DNA of 64,000 bases from Octopus vulgaris (lineage: Eukaryota): contig OX597836.1 in NCBI GenBank assembly GCA_951406725.2, positions 24,862,001 to 24,926,000 on the forward strand. The letters are read 5' to 3'. Shown in pieces: positions 48,301 through 61,600 of this stretch. Positions within the stretch are counted from its first letter, which is position 1. Every line of letters begins with the position of its first letter. The notes below the pieces were generated by a model, which searched no databases, was not told where the DNA came from, and saw nothing but the letters and a program-made list of their open reading frames with translations. The position numbers were made by a program, and so were the translations under genes.

Positions 48301-51300
48301 ATTTTGGGATACTCTGTATTTCTTTCGATTACTTTAAATATAACAAAGATTTTAATAAGATAACTTAGTTATCATTCAACTAGTGTTAAGAACATAAATT
48401 GTGACTAAGGTTTTGTGGAAGATTTTAATTCAAAACTTACAAAAACAAACCAGGTTGGTAATGAAAGGGTTAAACACCAACTTCATTTGCAGCTATACTA
48501 AAACCATGATATATGGATGAACAAGTTTCTCTCACATGATCTCTAGTGACATTACTTATCTGTAGCCTGTTTCCCAAACATTAAATCAGGGAATGATAAA
48601 TCTCCTGGCTAGGACATGCCTCAAGTATGGAGATTTCCCTTACAGGAAGGTTTCAACATAATGCTCAAACCAACAATTTGTTGGTCAATTCAACAATGAT
48701 TAATTTTATATATATATAATTTCTATGTGTATATATATATATATATATACTCTGATTGTTGTTGGGTGTCTTATTCCTAGCAGGTCAAGCAACCTCATTG
48801 ACTAATGTAGTGTTAGTGGTTGCTATTCTGTTCAAATGTATCTTGGACTATAAACGTTATTCAGTGTGTCTTTTGTTTATTTTAAAATGGTAAGTTTTAG
48901 TTACTGTTTCTAGCAGAATGGCTCAATACTTTTTAAATAACTCTGTTACCACATTCATTCATTCATTGTTGTGTTGTTTGACAATAGAATACTAATCCAC
49001 CTGTTATGAGTATGAGGTTGAAACTTTTTTTTTTCTTTTGGTGGTGGTGGTGACCTCAAGTGATGCATAATCAATTCATAAAGAGTTCCCACAGAGCAAC
49101 AGCCATATTTTGTATACGCAAAACTCCTCATGGAACCAAGCAAAGAACATATTCGTCATGTGTATGATGTGATGGTCTTGATGCAAGCTAAGCAGCCAGG
49201 AATGTTCAAAAGGTTTATGGTCCAAACGTAGTGTATGAATGCACTTGCAGAATTTGTTTTGAATAATTCTGATGTATCAATTTCAGTTTGATGAACCTAG
49301 ATCAGAACGGCTCTCCAGTGCGGGCGATGAAATGTTGGAAGCAATACTTGCAAAGAATCCTGCTATCACATTTACATAACTTTCCACCTAGATTTAATGT
49401 TAGTACTATGACTATTAACTATCATTTGAAGAAGACAGGCAAACTTTCTCAGTTAGATAATTGAGATCTTCATAATTTTTCAAGAGCAAATCAAGAAAGG
49501 CCATATATTTAACACCCAAGCACCATATTAGGCTAGATAAAGTATGGAAATGGAAAATGGACTCTTAACAGCAATACTAAGTGCTGCAGACAGTGGTTAG
49601 GCACCAAACCAAAGACTTGTACCACATCATCATCGTTTAACATCCATCTTCCATGCATGAATGGGTAAGACGCTCGACAGGAGCTGGCCAGGTAGAAAAT
49701 CTACCCAAGGCTACTGTGTTTGTTTCAAAGTGGCAATATCTGGCCTCTCACACCTATCCTGCAATGTCATTGTTACATTATCAAAATTTCAAAGCTACAA
49801 GATTAGTCGTGATTAATTCAAACCCATGTGAATAACAAAAGTGTTATATTCATCCATTTTGATTCCAACCCACCTGAAACCGCCTCTGGCTCTGAGTACA
49901 AATGTCTTGTTTTCAAAAGTTCTGAATTAAAATCTTCCACCAAACCTTAGTCACAATTTGTGTTCCTAACACAAGCTTAATAATTACAAAGTTATTTTAC
50001 TAAATTCTTTGTTATAGTTAAAATTAACTGAAACACAGAGCATCCCAACAGAAATATGGTAACGAAAGGGTTAACAGAATAATCTGAATGCTAAAGGGTC
50101 AAAATGCCATCCTACTCAAAGGGGTGCGGGGGAAAGTATCCAGCTGTAAAATTGCTTGCTTTCACTTTCCTTCTCCAAAAAATCAAATTTTGTTTTTTAA
50201 AACCCAGTTTTCTTTCCACCACCTTTTCATGTTTGTAAAACTCCAAATCTCAATGCTTTCTAACTAATGTCTTTTAACTTCTTTCTTTGCAGGTAACTGT
50301 GAAAACACTGCCATTTTACAAGAGCTACTTCAATATTGCCTATCCACTGCCAAAAATTGACCTTATTGCAATTCCTGATTTTCTGAGTGGTCAGTTAATG
50401 TTTTCCCCTTTATTTTAATACATTTAACTTGACCCTTTTTTTAAGACCTGTCCAAGACCGCCCCTCATTCTATGGTACAAACTCCTTATCTTAAATTAAC
50501 CTACTCTGAAACCTTCCATTAAATTTTCATATTAATTTGTTTCAACCATCAATTAATAATAATGGTTATTTTACTATATTCTTAATTACTTTTGAAATTG
50601 ATTAAAAGTATTTCAACAGGAATACGATAACGAAAGAGTTCAAAAGCTAATTACAAGATGTTTGTATATTCAGATGTCCCCAGGGCCAACTTTAATTTTT
50701 CAACCCTCCTGGGTCAATAAAAGTACCAGTCAAATACTGGGATTGATGTGATCAACTAACACCCTCCCCTCAGAATTGCTGGCCTTGTGCCAAAATTTGA
50801 AACCAAGATGATGTGTTTCTTCTCTTCTCAAAGCTTCTACATTTTCAGTCTGTAAACAGAATTATTTAGAAGAGTCACATGAGACCAAAATGTGTTACAG
50901 TATTTATTGTGATTCATTATGTTCAGAGTTCAAATCCTACCATAGTCAGTTTGGCTTTTCATCCTTTGAAGGCTAATAAAATTATGTACCACTCAAGTAC
51001 TGGAGTAGATTCATTCCCTTCCCCTCAAGAGTGCTGGCCTCATGTCTAAATTAGAAACAATTACTATTGAAGGTGGCGAACTGGCAGAATCATTAGCACA
51101 CCAGGCAAAATGCTTAGCGGCATTTCGTCCGTCTTTATGTTCTGAGTTCAAATTCCACCATGGTCAGCTTTACCTTTCATCCTTTTGGGGTCAATAAAAT
51201 AAGTACCAGCTGAGTGCTGGGCTTGATGTAATCGACTTCATCCTGTTCCCTGAAATTATTAGCCTTGTGCCACAGTAATAATACTAATTATTATTATTAA

Positions 51301-52656
51301 GGCAGTGGGCTGGCAGAATCATTAGCATTCTGGGTGAAATGCTTAGCAGTATTTCGTCTGTCTTCACGTTCTGGGTTCAAATTCCACCGAGGTCAACTTT
51401 GCCTTTCATCCTTTTGGGATCGATCTAATCGACTGGGCCCCCTCCCACCAAATTTCAGGCCTTTTGCCTAGAGTAGAAAGGATTATTATTATTATTACTA
51501 TTTCAAGTTCATATTCTGCCATAGTCCACTTTGACTTAACCTTCCCTCTTGTCCCAAAATTTGAAACTATTATTATTATTATTAGGATTCTCAAATGACA
51601 CAGAGTCCAAGTGTATAATATTTACTTTCTCAGTTCAAAGTCTCTCAGAATTACCTTTGTGTGCGTCTGAGATGTCTTATATTTTGGATATGATTTTTTT
51701 TTTAATGGCATGATGTGTGTTTGTGTGATTGTATTTAAAACATTGTGTTCTTGCAGGTGCCATGGAAAACTGGGGTTTGGTGACATACAGAGAAAATACT
51801 TTGCTCATTGATGCAGAAGACTCTTCTGCGAAATCCCGACAGCTTGTTGCACTTGTAATCGGTCATGAACTTGCACACATGTGGTTTGGAAACCTTGTCA
51901 CTATGGTAGTTATTTCATTCCTGAATTCAGTTTTTCTATTTACTAGAGTCAGCATATTATCTTTAGATTATTTTGTATATGGTAATTAATTAATATGCGA
52001 AGTATATTTGCCACTTAAATGTGGCTAACCACTGTAGCTTGTAGCCCCAGGAGAACATCTTCTCCAACTGGCTATAGATACACTTTCTGTGCCCTGTCAG
52101 TATTTGCAAAGGGAAGTCATCCTTCCCATCGGCGACCTGACGTGATATGCATAGACCCGGGTTTCTGGGTATTTACTCGTCGGCGCTCGGGTCCGTGCAT
52201 ATCACGTCAGGTCAACAATGGGAAGGATGACTTCCCTTTGCAAATACTGATAGGGCACAGAAAGTGTGTCAATAGCCAGCTGGAGAAGATGTTCTCCTGA
52301 GGCTACAAGCTACAGTAGCATACACCCTTGGTGGTTAGCCACATTTAAGTGGCAAATATACTTCACATTGTCGTGCAGCTACTGCTTATACCTCATTCAG
52401 AGATTTTTTATTAATTAATTAATACATATTCATGTATGTGTGGAAACATGCATGCATGCATACATGCACTAATGCTCATACATGTATATAGGCCAAGAAT
52501 GTAGTAAAGTCTTTTAGTCTATTAAATTGACTGTCATTATTCTGCTGTGCTGATAAGGCATAATCAAGGCTGAAACAAGCCCTTGGCTATCCATCATATC
52601 CAAAATTAAGATAAAATGTACTTTGTTTCCTAAGCATATTAATTCAACTGTAAACG

Positions 52657-52687
<31 letters not shown>

Positions 52688-55600
52688 ATTTATCTCCCAA
52701 TGTCTGAACATTGGTGGAACATCTTCAGAGATGTTCTCTCATGGATTCTTCTAAATATTAGAATTATTTAATGATTTCAGAAAAGATCTATGTTTGGGTG
52801 TGGGCAGATTGTCTGCTAGTTTCTGATAGTCTTTTCTTTTTGTTTCCAATTATTATTTACAATTTCAAAGGATGCCAGCTAGCAGAATCATTAGCTGCTG
52901 ATTAAAATGCTTAGCAGCATTTCCTACATCTTTACTTTCTGAATTCAAATTCTGCCAAGGTCGATGGGCCAATACCGTAAGTACCAGCTAAGTACTGGGG
53001 TCGATGTCGTCAACTAGTCCCTTCCCCTCAAATCTTGTGCCTATAGTAAAAAAGGATTTTTACAATTTCTTTTGTTTTATTAACAGGAATGGTGGACTCA
53101 CTTGTGGTTGAACGAAGGTTTTGCTTCTTGGATTGAATACCTCTGTGTCGATAAACTGTTTCCAGATTTTGAAATCTGGACCCAGTTTGTGACGTCTGAT
53201 CTTGCAGCAGCCCTCAAGCTTGATGCCTTACACACAAGTCATCCCATTGAGGTATTTTCACTGGACAACATTATATTCTGTTAATGCATACTGGATGTGA
53301 ATGCATGCATGTGCAAGGATGTTTGTGTGTGTGTATACATGCAGAAATGAGAGGATTTTTTTTTTATTCAACATAGTCGTTAAACACGTTTTTCTCTTTG
53401 TTAACATATCTCTAGTTAATGTACTGTAACCCCTTCCTCACCATTTTTGACTTTGCTTCCTCTAACAATTTAATAACATTATCTCTCTACCTTTGCCACA
53501 TTTACATCGCATCCTATGACATCCAGTCATGGGGTACAGCAACAGTATGCCTCATTCAGGCATAGGGAAAATAGATATAAAAATGATGATACAGTCTGGT
53601 GGGTAGATGTAGTGTTGATAACTCCTGCTAGATCTCCCAGTCTAGTCTTGTACAATTTGTTAATCTTATATTTTAGAAACATAGATTTAGTAAAAGTAGT
53701 GGGGTTGTGAAGTAGTAAATGTCTAACTATATTTAGCTCTCTGTAGACTGAGTTCAAATTCCACCAGAGTTTGTTTTGCCATTCATTTTCTTCAAGGCTG
53801 ATTAAATTACCAGTAATTTGGGAGTCAGTTCAATCGACTTTTTGCAACTTAATACCAAAACAAGAAATCTTTGTTTCAGTATTGTCTCAGCCTCCTTTTC
53901 ATTCCTCCATGTCTCACCAGTTAGAATCCAACATGTCCAAGGCCAGTAGTTTAATAGAAGTTGTTGAATCTTGCACGATTTAGTCATGTCCCTTCACCCT
54001 TGGTTTCAGTTTAATTTTAGAAATAAGGAAGAATTTAGTAAAATAACTTGGTCATTATTTAGTGTGGTCATGATAAATTGGGTGAGTTGTTAGGTTGTCT
54101 GAATACTTTGTGGTATTAGTTCCAAATTTCTGCGCTCTGAGTTCGAATCCCACCAGGATCATCCTGGCTTTTATCAGATGTGATAAAATAAAGTACCAGT
54201 CAGGTAGTGGAGTTGTGTCATCCACACCCCAACCCCTCCAATTTACAGGTTTTGTATCTACGCTGGAAACAGTTATTAAGCTGGGGCTCTTTAAAACATA
54301 AATCAACAGAAAATTCTGATGGAGGGTTTTAACCCTTCAACATTAAGATTTCTCTGTCAGATGTTTTGCTTATTTATTCATTGTTTTCAATTAGTCGCAC
54401 ATTATCATGTAGCGTCAAGATTTAAGTGATATCTTTGTATATTTTTAGAATGACATTGTAGGGTAGTTGTGAGAGAGGTTAAGATTCAGCCAGTTTTAAC
54501 GTAAGACGGGGAGAGTATTTGGGCTGGATTAAATGCTAAAGGGTTAATTTAGACTGCATTAAAACCAGAAGCTTGTATCACAAACCCAGGGACAGTTTCA
54601 GGTGGGATGGTATGAGGAACTTGGTTCAAATCCTGTTAGTCTACATTACTTTTTATACTTTCAAAATATAACCAAAAAGGAAGTACTAGTGATATCCTGC
54701 AGTTATCATTAATCATTCTCTCTCACCAAATCTGTTCCTATTTTAGAAATATTTACTATTAGGACCAGAAGTGCACCAAATTAGTTAACCTCTGGCATCA
54801 GTTATGTCCATTTACTTTCTAAGTTCAAATCAACTTTGTCTTTTATCCTCCCATAAATAATTGGCTGAGTATCTCTCCGTTCTTGTGTCTCTCTCTTTTA
54901 AAAATCCTTTAACCTGTATTTGTCTTTCCAGGTTCCAGTTGGTCACCCAGCAGAAGTAGATGAAATCTTTGATGCCATTTCCTATTGTAAAGGAGCATCA
55001 GTCATCAGAATGTTACACAACTACATTGAAGATACTGTAAGTTCTTTTTCTTCTTGTCAAAGAAAAAAAATTAGGTTTGCAGTATTTGGCTTAACCAAAG
55101 TCTTTATTTAATCAACAATGTGTATCGCCTATAGAACTACCTTACTGGCAAATTGGCCAAGTCATTAGAGTGCCAGATACAATACTTTGTGATATTCGTT
55201 TCAGCTCTTCTGTATGGGTTCAAATCCCATTGGTCACCTTTTGGATTTTCGTTTTTTCTTTCATTATTTTGTGGATCTGTGAATGAAAAGCATTGGACAA
55301 GATGTCTTTATCTTTTCCAGCTCTTTAACTTCTGAGTTCAAATTCCACCTTTGGTGATAAGAAACTCTCAAAGGATTTACAGAGTTTCTTACCACCATAG
55401 GGTCTGGCTCTCTGATTTCGAAATTCAAATTCCACCATTGTGTTTTTAAATATCACCATCACCAGCTTGCAGGTCTGACATGACAAGTCAGGCAAAACCT
55501 CAAAGCAATCTCATGTGTATTAGATGGTGCTGAGTGGAGTCACTCTTCAATTTGTCATGTACCCTGGGGATTATATACACATATTTATTCATTTCAGGAT

Positions 55601-58600
55601 TTCAAAAAAGGCATGAATTCTTATCTGACAAAATTCATGTACAAGAATGCTGCAACTGAAGATCTCTGGGATGCATTAGAAAGTGCTAGTGGCAAACCAA
55701 TCAAGAGAGTTATGAGCACTTGGACATCTCAGATGGGTTATCCTGTTGTCAAAGTAAGGACTGCTGCACTTTTTACATAATATCATATTGAGCTACTATA
55801 TCGTATAACTACTGCATGGAGTTAGTACACTACTACAGACCTCTGTTTGGAACTTTTGTGTGTGTGTGTGATTGGTGAATCTGAGAGAGATGGATATATT
55901 CAAATGATGTGTTTTGGTAAATGATTGCTGCATAGTTAAAGAAACTGCGTAACTTGGTGTTGGTAGGTGGTGTACATACAACTGATAGAGAGGAAGAAGT
56001 AGTGATTGTCAGACTTGAGAAAAATAGCTTTCACAGCACAAGAAATAGCACATATAACTTCACTATATGCAGGCCCTCTCAGGATGTTAAAGTTGATGGG
56101 GCTGATGCTCAACTTTACCATTTGTTGGTGAGTATAAGCAAGAGGGAGGAAAGGGATCACTCTCCTTTAACCCTTTTGATACCAACCCGGCCAAAATCGC
56201 CTCTGGCTCTGTAGTACAAATGTCTTACTTTCATAAGTATTGAATTAATATCTTCCACCAAACCTTAGTCACAATTTATGTTCCCAACACTAGCAACTAA
56301 GTTCTTTTACTTAATTCTTTGTTATATTTAAAGTAATTGAAAGAGACACAGAGCATCTCAAAATAAATACGGTAACGAAAGGGTTAAAACATAAGACTGG
56401 GTGCATTTTAGTGCACCATTCACACTCAGTGTTCCCTTTATTATTATTATTATTATTATTACTGTTAAGGCAGCAAACTGGCAGAATAATAAGCACATTG
56501 GATGAAATGCTTAGCGGTAGTTTGGGCATCGCTATGTTCTGAGTTCAGATTCTACCATGGTTGGCTTTGCCTTTCATCCTCTCAGGGTCAATAAATTAAG
56601 AACCAGTTGAGTACTGGAGAGTCAATGTAATCAACTCATCTCCTCTCCTAAAATAGCTGCCCTTGTGGCCAAATTTGAAACTATTATTATTATTGCTAGT
56701 AATAATTTATAGTATTATCACAAAGCAAAGGTTCTAATTCCTTTTTAACTCTGCACCATATTTCTGTTGGCATATGCTACGTTTTGTTTTAATTAATTTT
56801 GAACATAATGAAGAACATAGTAAAATACCTGTTATTTTGTTATTAAGCTGGTATTTGAAACAAAAATTAGCATGAAATTATGAAATAAAGTTTTGATTTG
56901 GATTACTTTAATCCTTCAGTATTCAGATTAATCTGTCAACTGTAATGATTATATCTATTCACATTGCTTTAAATTAATCAGGGCTTATCTCATTTGAGAA
57001 TTTGCTGATATGATTGTTTATTTTTAGAATGACATTGTAGAGTAGGTATGAGAGGCTGAATCTGGCTGGTTTGAACTTAAAACAAACAATATATTTGGGC
57101 TGGATGTGGTTGGTTTAAATACTGAAGGATTAAAGTGGGAAGTTTGGAGTAAAAATTATTTGCACACATAACGTGGCAGTCCTAATTTAGGATGAATGTC
57201 GCTGTAATTTAGTCCTAGGAGACATTGTCTCCAGCTGGCTATATGACATGATCTGTGTCCTTATATTTCAAACAAGGGAATCTAGCACCCCCACTCAGCT
57301 CAAAACAATATCCATTCTGCTGAGTGGTTGGTGTTCAGAAGGGCATGCAGCTGCAAAAATCCTTCCAAAAGAGTCACAGAAGTCTGGTACAGGCTTCGGC
57401 CTGGCCAGCTTTTGTGGTACCATCCCACCCATCTTGGCATGAAACATGGACATTAAATGATGATGGTGATGATTTCCAGGGCAGAGTTCCTTGCCAGTAT
57501 TCCTATAAGTATTTTTTTTTATCTTTGTTTGGTCCGCGCCACACGCACAAGTAGTAGTTTCAGGGATTGCTTGATTGTTGATGAGACAACAACAGTGAGA
57601 TAATTTTTTTTTTTTTTTTTTTTTGTTCTAACTCAATGTTTCCCACTTTTCCAGGTCAGTGAAACAAAGGAAGATAATCGTCGTGTTCTACATCTGACCC
57701 AAATGAAATTCTGTGCTGATGGTAAAACGGGAGGTAAAACCTAAACTAAACTACTTCTCTCTGTCGTTATTGAGTGGAGTTTGGGGGGGTGGCATATCAC
57801 CCCTCTATTTGCCTTCTTTTAATGGATCCAATCATTAGATTGTGACCATGTTGTGGCAGTGCTCTTTCATTTTGCTTTTCACTTCTTGTTGGTCATTAAA
57901 GTAAATACTAGTAATATACTGGGCTCAATTCGAGCCACCACCATCCCTTTTCTCTGAGAATTAGTCTCCATATATGAAATCATTACAAATCTATTTTTGT
58001 GGTTTGATTCAACTGATCAATAAGTGCTGGCATCATTGCACGGTTGAGAAACTTGCTTCCCAACCATAAGGTCTTCGGTTCATTCCTACTGCACAGCACT
58101 TTGGGCAAGTGTCTTCTATAGCCCCAGTCCAACCAAACCCTTGTAAGTGGATTTGGTAGACAGAAACTGAAAGCAGCCTACCACCTTGACATCATCTGTT
58201 CATCGTCATACAAGTGATGTTGTTTGCAGATTTCTGTAAAAAACCTTCCAGGCTCTGGGGAAGTACTTCCTTGCTTGGAAAACAGGTGAGGGTTTGTCAG
58301 TTGAAAGGGCAACAGGCTGTTGAAAAACTGCCTCAACAAATTCTGAGCCATGCAAACATGGAAATGTAGGTATTAAGATGATGATGATGTCTTTTGCTAA
58401 ATTTTCCCCACTTCTTGTCGAGAGAACCAATTAGTTCAATTACATGACTGCACTGTTCTGTCGTTTTCAGATAAAACTTCAAGATGGATGATTCCTATTG
58501 ATATTTCAACCTCATCAAGTATTCACAAACCAGTCAAGAAAGTTCTGATGGAAGGTGAAAAGATGGAAGTGGTTCTTGACAATGTCAAAACTGATGAATG

Positions 58601-61600
58601 GGTGTTGGTGAGTTCATAACAAATATATATTGTTTAATAGTTAACGCTGTGATCTAGAAACTACTGAAGGTAGTAAACCTTTCTTAAAGCATGTTATTTC
58701 AGTATATTCTGGCCCAGCAGTAGACGATGTCGTAATCAACTTTATCACAAGTTATTTGGGTATATACAGTGCAGGTGGCACGTAAAAAGCACCCACTACA
58801 CTCACGGAGTGGTTGGCGTTAGGAAGGGCATCCAGCTGTAGAAACATTGCCAGATAAGACCGGAGCCTGGTGCAGCCTTCTGGCTTCCCAGATCCCCGGT
58901 CGAACCGTCCAACCCATGCTAGCATGGAGAACGGACATTAAACGATGATGATGATACTGGGCTGGTTGTAGATTATTCATAAATCAACTCCTATGAATGT
59001 TGAATGAAATATCCTAGGTTTTCTATTGTTGCTTTAATATCTCATGATCTAGCATGTCTAACTACCAAAACACTAGATGCCTTGATTTTATATTGTTTGT
59101 TTGCTTGACTATTTATTATAGAACTATTCAGTGTAATGATGGATGATCTTATGGTTTTGTTTTTAACAAAAACCAAGTGAAATATGATAGATCTACACAC
59201 ACATTTACACAGCAGCATCATTTCTTTGTTGTCTATAATGATAATCATGTAAACTGAATTCAAATATTGTCCACATAATCAAGCAAACAGGATAAAAACA
59301 CTCCTAGTTTTGGCAGATGACAGAAGGGTACAATGTGTGACATTATATTTAATGTACAGACAAGTATATTCTCTAGCTAGCCTGGTACAAAGTGAAGCAA
59401 CTTGCTATAGAGATATTGGTAGGGAAAAATTTCATTTAACCTTTTGTTTAACGTTACACAAAGATTTTCTCACTTTATCCTGTTGTTTCTGTTTTTTGAT
59501 AAATTTTATTCCTGCTAACATTCTGAGATTTATTTCAATAAATCTATATTTTCATTTCAGTTAAACTGTAACTCAGTTGGTGTGTATCGAGTGCAATACA
59601 GCAGCGACATGTTGCAATCTCTATTGAAGGGAATTGTCAACAAAACCATTCTCCCTACCAATAGACTGGCATTACAGAGTGATATGTTTGCTTTGGTAAG
59701 TTTACTTAAATTCTAATTGGGCCTTCTCTACTGACAAGATAGAATTAGACTAATGCCACAAATGTAGGAATAAAAATACCATAAATCCTCAAGTATAATC
59801 TGCATTTTTTTCCCAAAATTTAAAGGTTAGAATCCCTAGTGCATACTATATACAAGGTTAAAAATGAAAAATATCTTCTAAGCAATGGCCAACTCTCTGT
59901 TTGCCGTCCGGCAATATTTATTCAGACGCATTTTGTAATGTCGGGCTCGAAAAATACCTTTAAGCTTAGCCTGAAAGCAATAAAGTCATAAAAGAATCAT
60001 CCATAACTTACAGTAAGCAACATTTATTGAAATAAAAAAACAATTTGCAAACATATTTACATTCCCATATAACAGTTAAGAACATCACCATTATTGTATT
60101 ACGCATGCGCGGAAGTGTTTATTCGACTAGGTGCTGCTGGCTTAATTACGCACGACTCAAGTTAGAGAAGGAGTGCGTATTATACACAAGGTTTAGGTTT
60201 TGCAGTGGTACAGCACCCTAAAAATCCCCTGCGTATTATACTCAAGGGTGGACTATACTCGAAAATTTACTGTATTATAAATTTGGAAATATTCACTGCT
60301 TATGTCTTGTAGACATAAACATAATTGTTTCAGAAGAGATCTGACTCGTCATTCTGTAGAAGTTGGGGACAACATGGCACAATCTCTTCAGATTTACCCC
60401 AACCAGTTCGTTTTTTGTAGATAGAACACTTTATTCTCCATTAATTCATCTCACAGAGAATTGATAACTATGGAATGTTTGCTGCAGTAAACAAGTAGGA
60501 AGATGAGTGGAAGACTCTCATGATGTTACATCTGCTTTTCACATTTGCATGAGTTGAACTGGTTGTTGCAATCCAAGCTGGTTCGTATCTGGGTAGTTCC
60601 TGTCACCCTAGATGGGTTGTAGGACCATGTTTCACTCATGCATATTGTTTTTAGTTTAATTTCCCAAGCCAGATGCTCTTCCAAACACCAAGCACTCCAG
60701 AGTTTGCTGGGTGCATTTTATCATCACTTGAACACTAGAGAGCTGGACATGTCCTTAACAAGACCAAATGATCCTCTCGATCATGCGACTCTGCTTATCC
60801 AGCAACCACTTTGTAGAGTTCACTGGGTGCATTATATCAGGGCACCAGTCCTAGCAAGGTTGTTTTTGTAAGGGGCAAAGGCATCGTCACTACCTTATGG
60901 TACCTTCATTCATCAAAACATGATAAACAGGGGTAATAAGAGGGAGAGAGAAAAAGAATAAAATAGGATGAGTTGAGGAAGAGAATAAGATTATGGTAGC
61001 TACAGCATGGTCAGGGTGAGGAGAGAGGGCAGTGGATGTCAGTCACAAGTCTGGGGAGAGTGATCGGTGAAAGTACAGGAAAGGATGGTGTTAGTGTGTT
61101 TGGTACAAATCAGATACAATCCTTTATACATAACCAAACCACATGGCCATCACTGATAAACTTGTCTTGAGAACATGGACCATGTTTTCACTAATTGTAT
61201 GAAAGCAGACATAGACATCCTCCTAGCCCTCCCAATCTTTTACCCTGGGGGACATCTAGAATGTGACGGTTGGGTAGAGAGGGGGATGCACCATTACTTG
61301 GTGCTCATCTCAGCAGAATAGAATGGAACAACATGAAGCATCTTGCTTAAGAACACAATGCACTGTCCTGTCCAGGATGAGAACCTACTACTTTATAGTT
61401 GTGGACCCAACACCCTAATCACTAAGCTGGGAGGAACTTGAGGTTTTTTGTTCTATTTTCTATTTTCTTTCCACATTATTCCACTCTAGTTTATTGTGGA
61501 TGTCAGCTGTGATTCAGTCGATTACAATTGCCTTTGCACACAGTTCTCTCACATTTCTATTTTACACATCAGCCATATTTCTGTTGAAAAATAAATTGTT

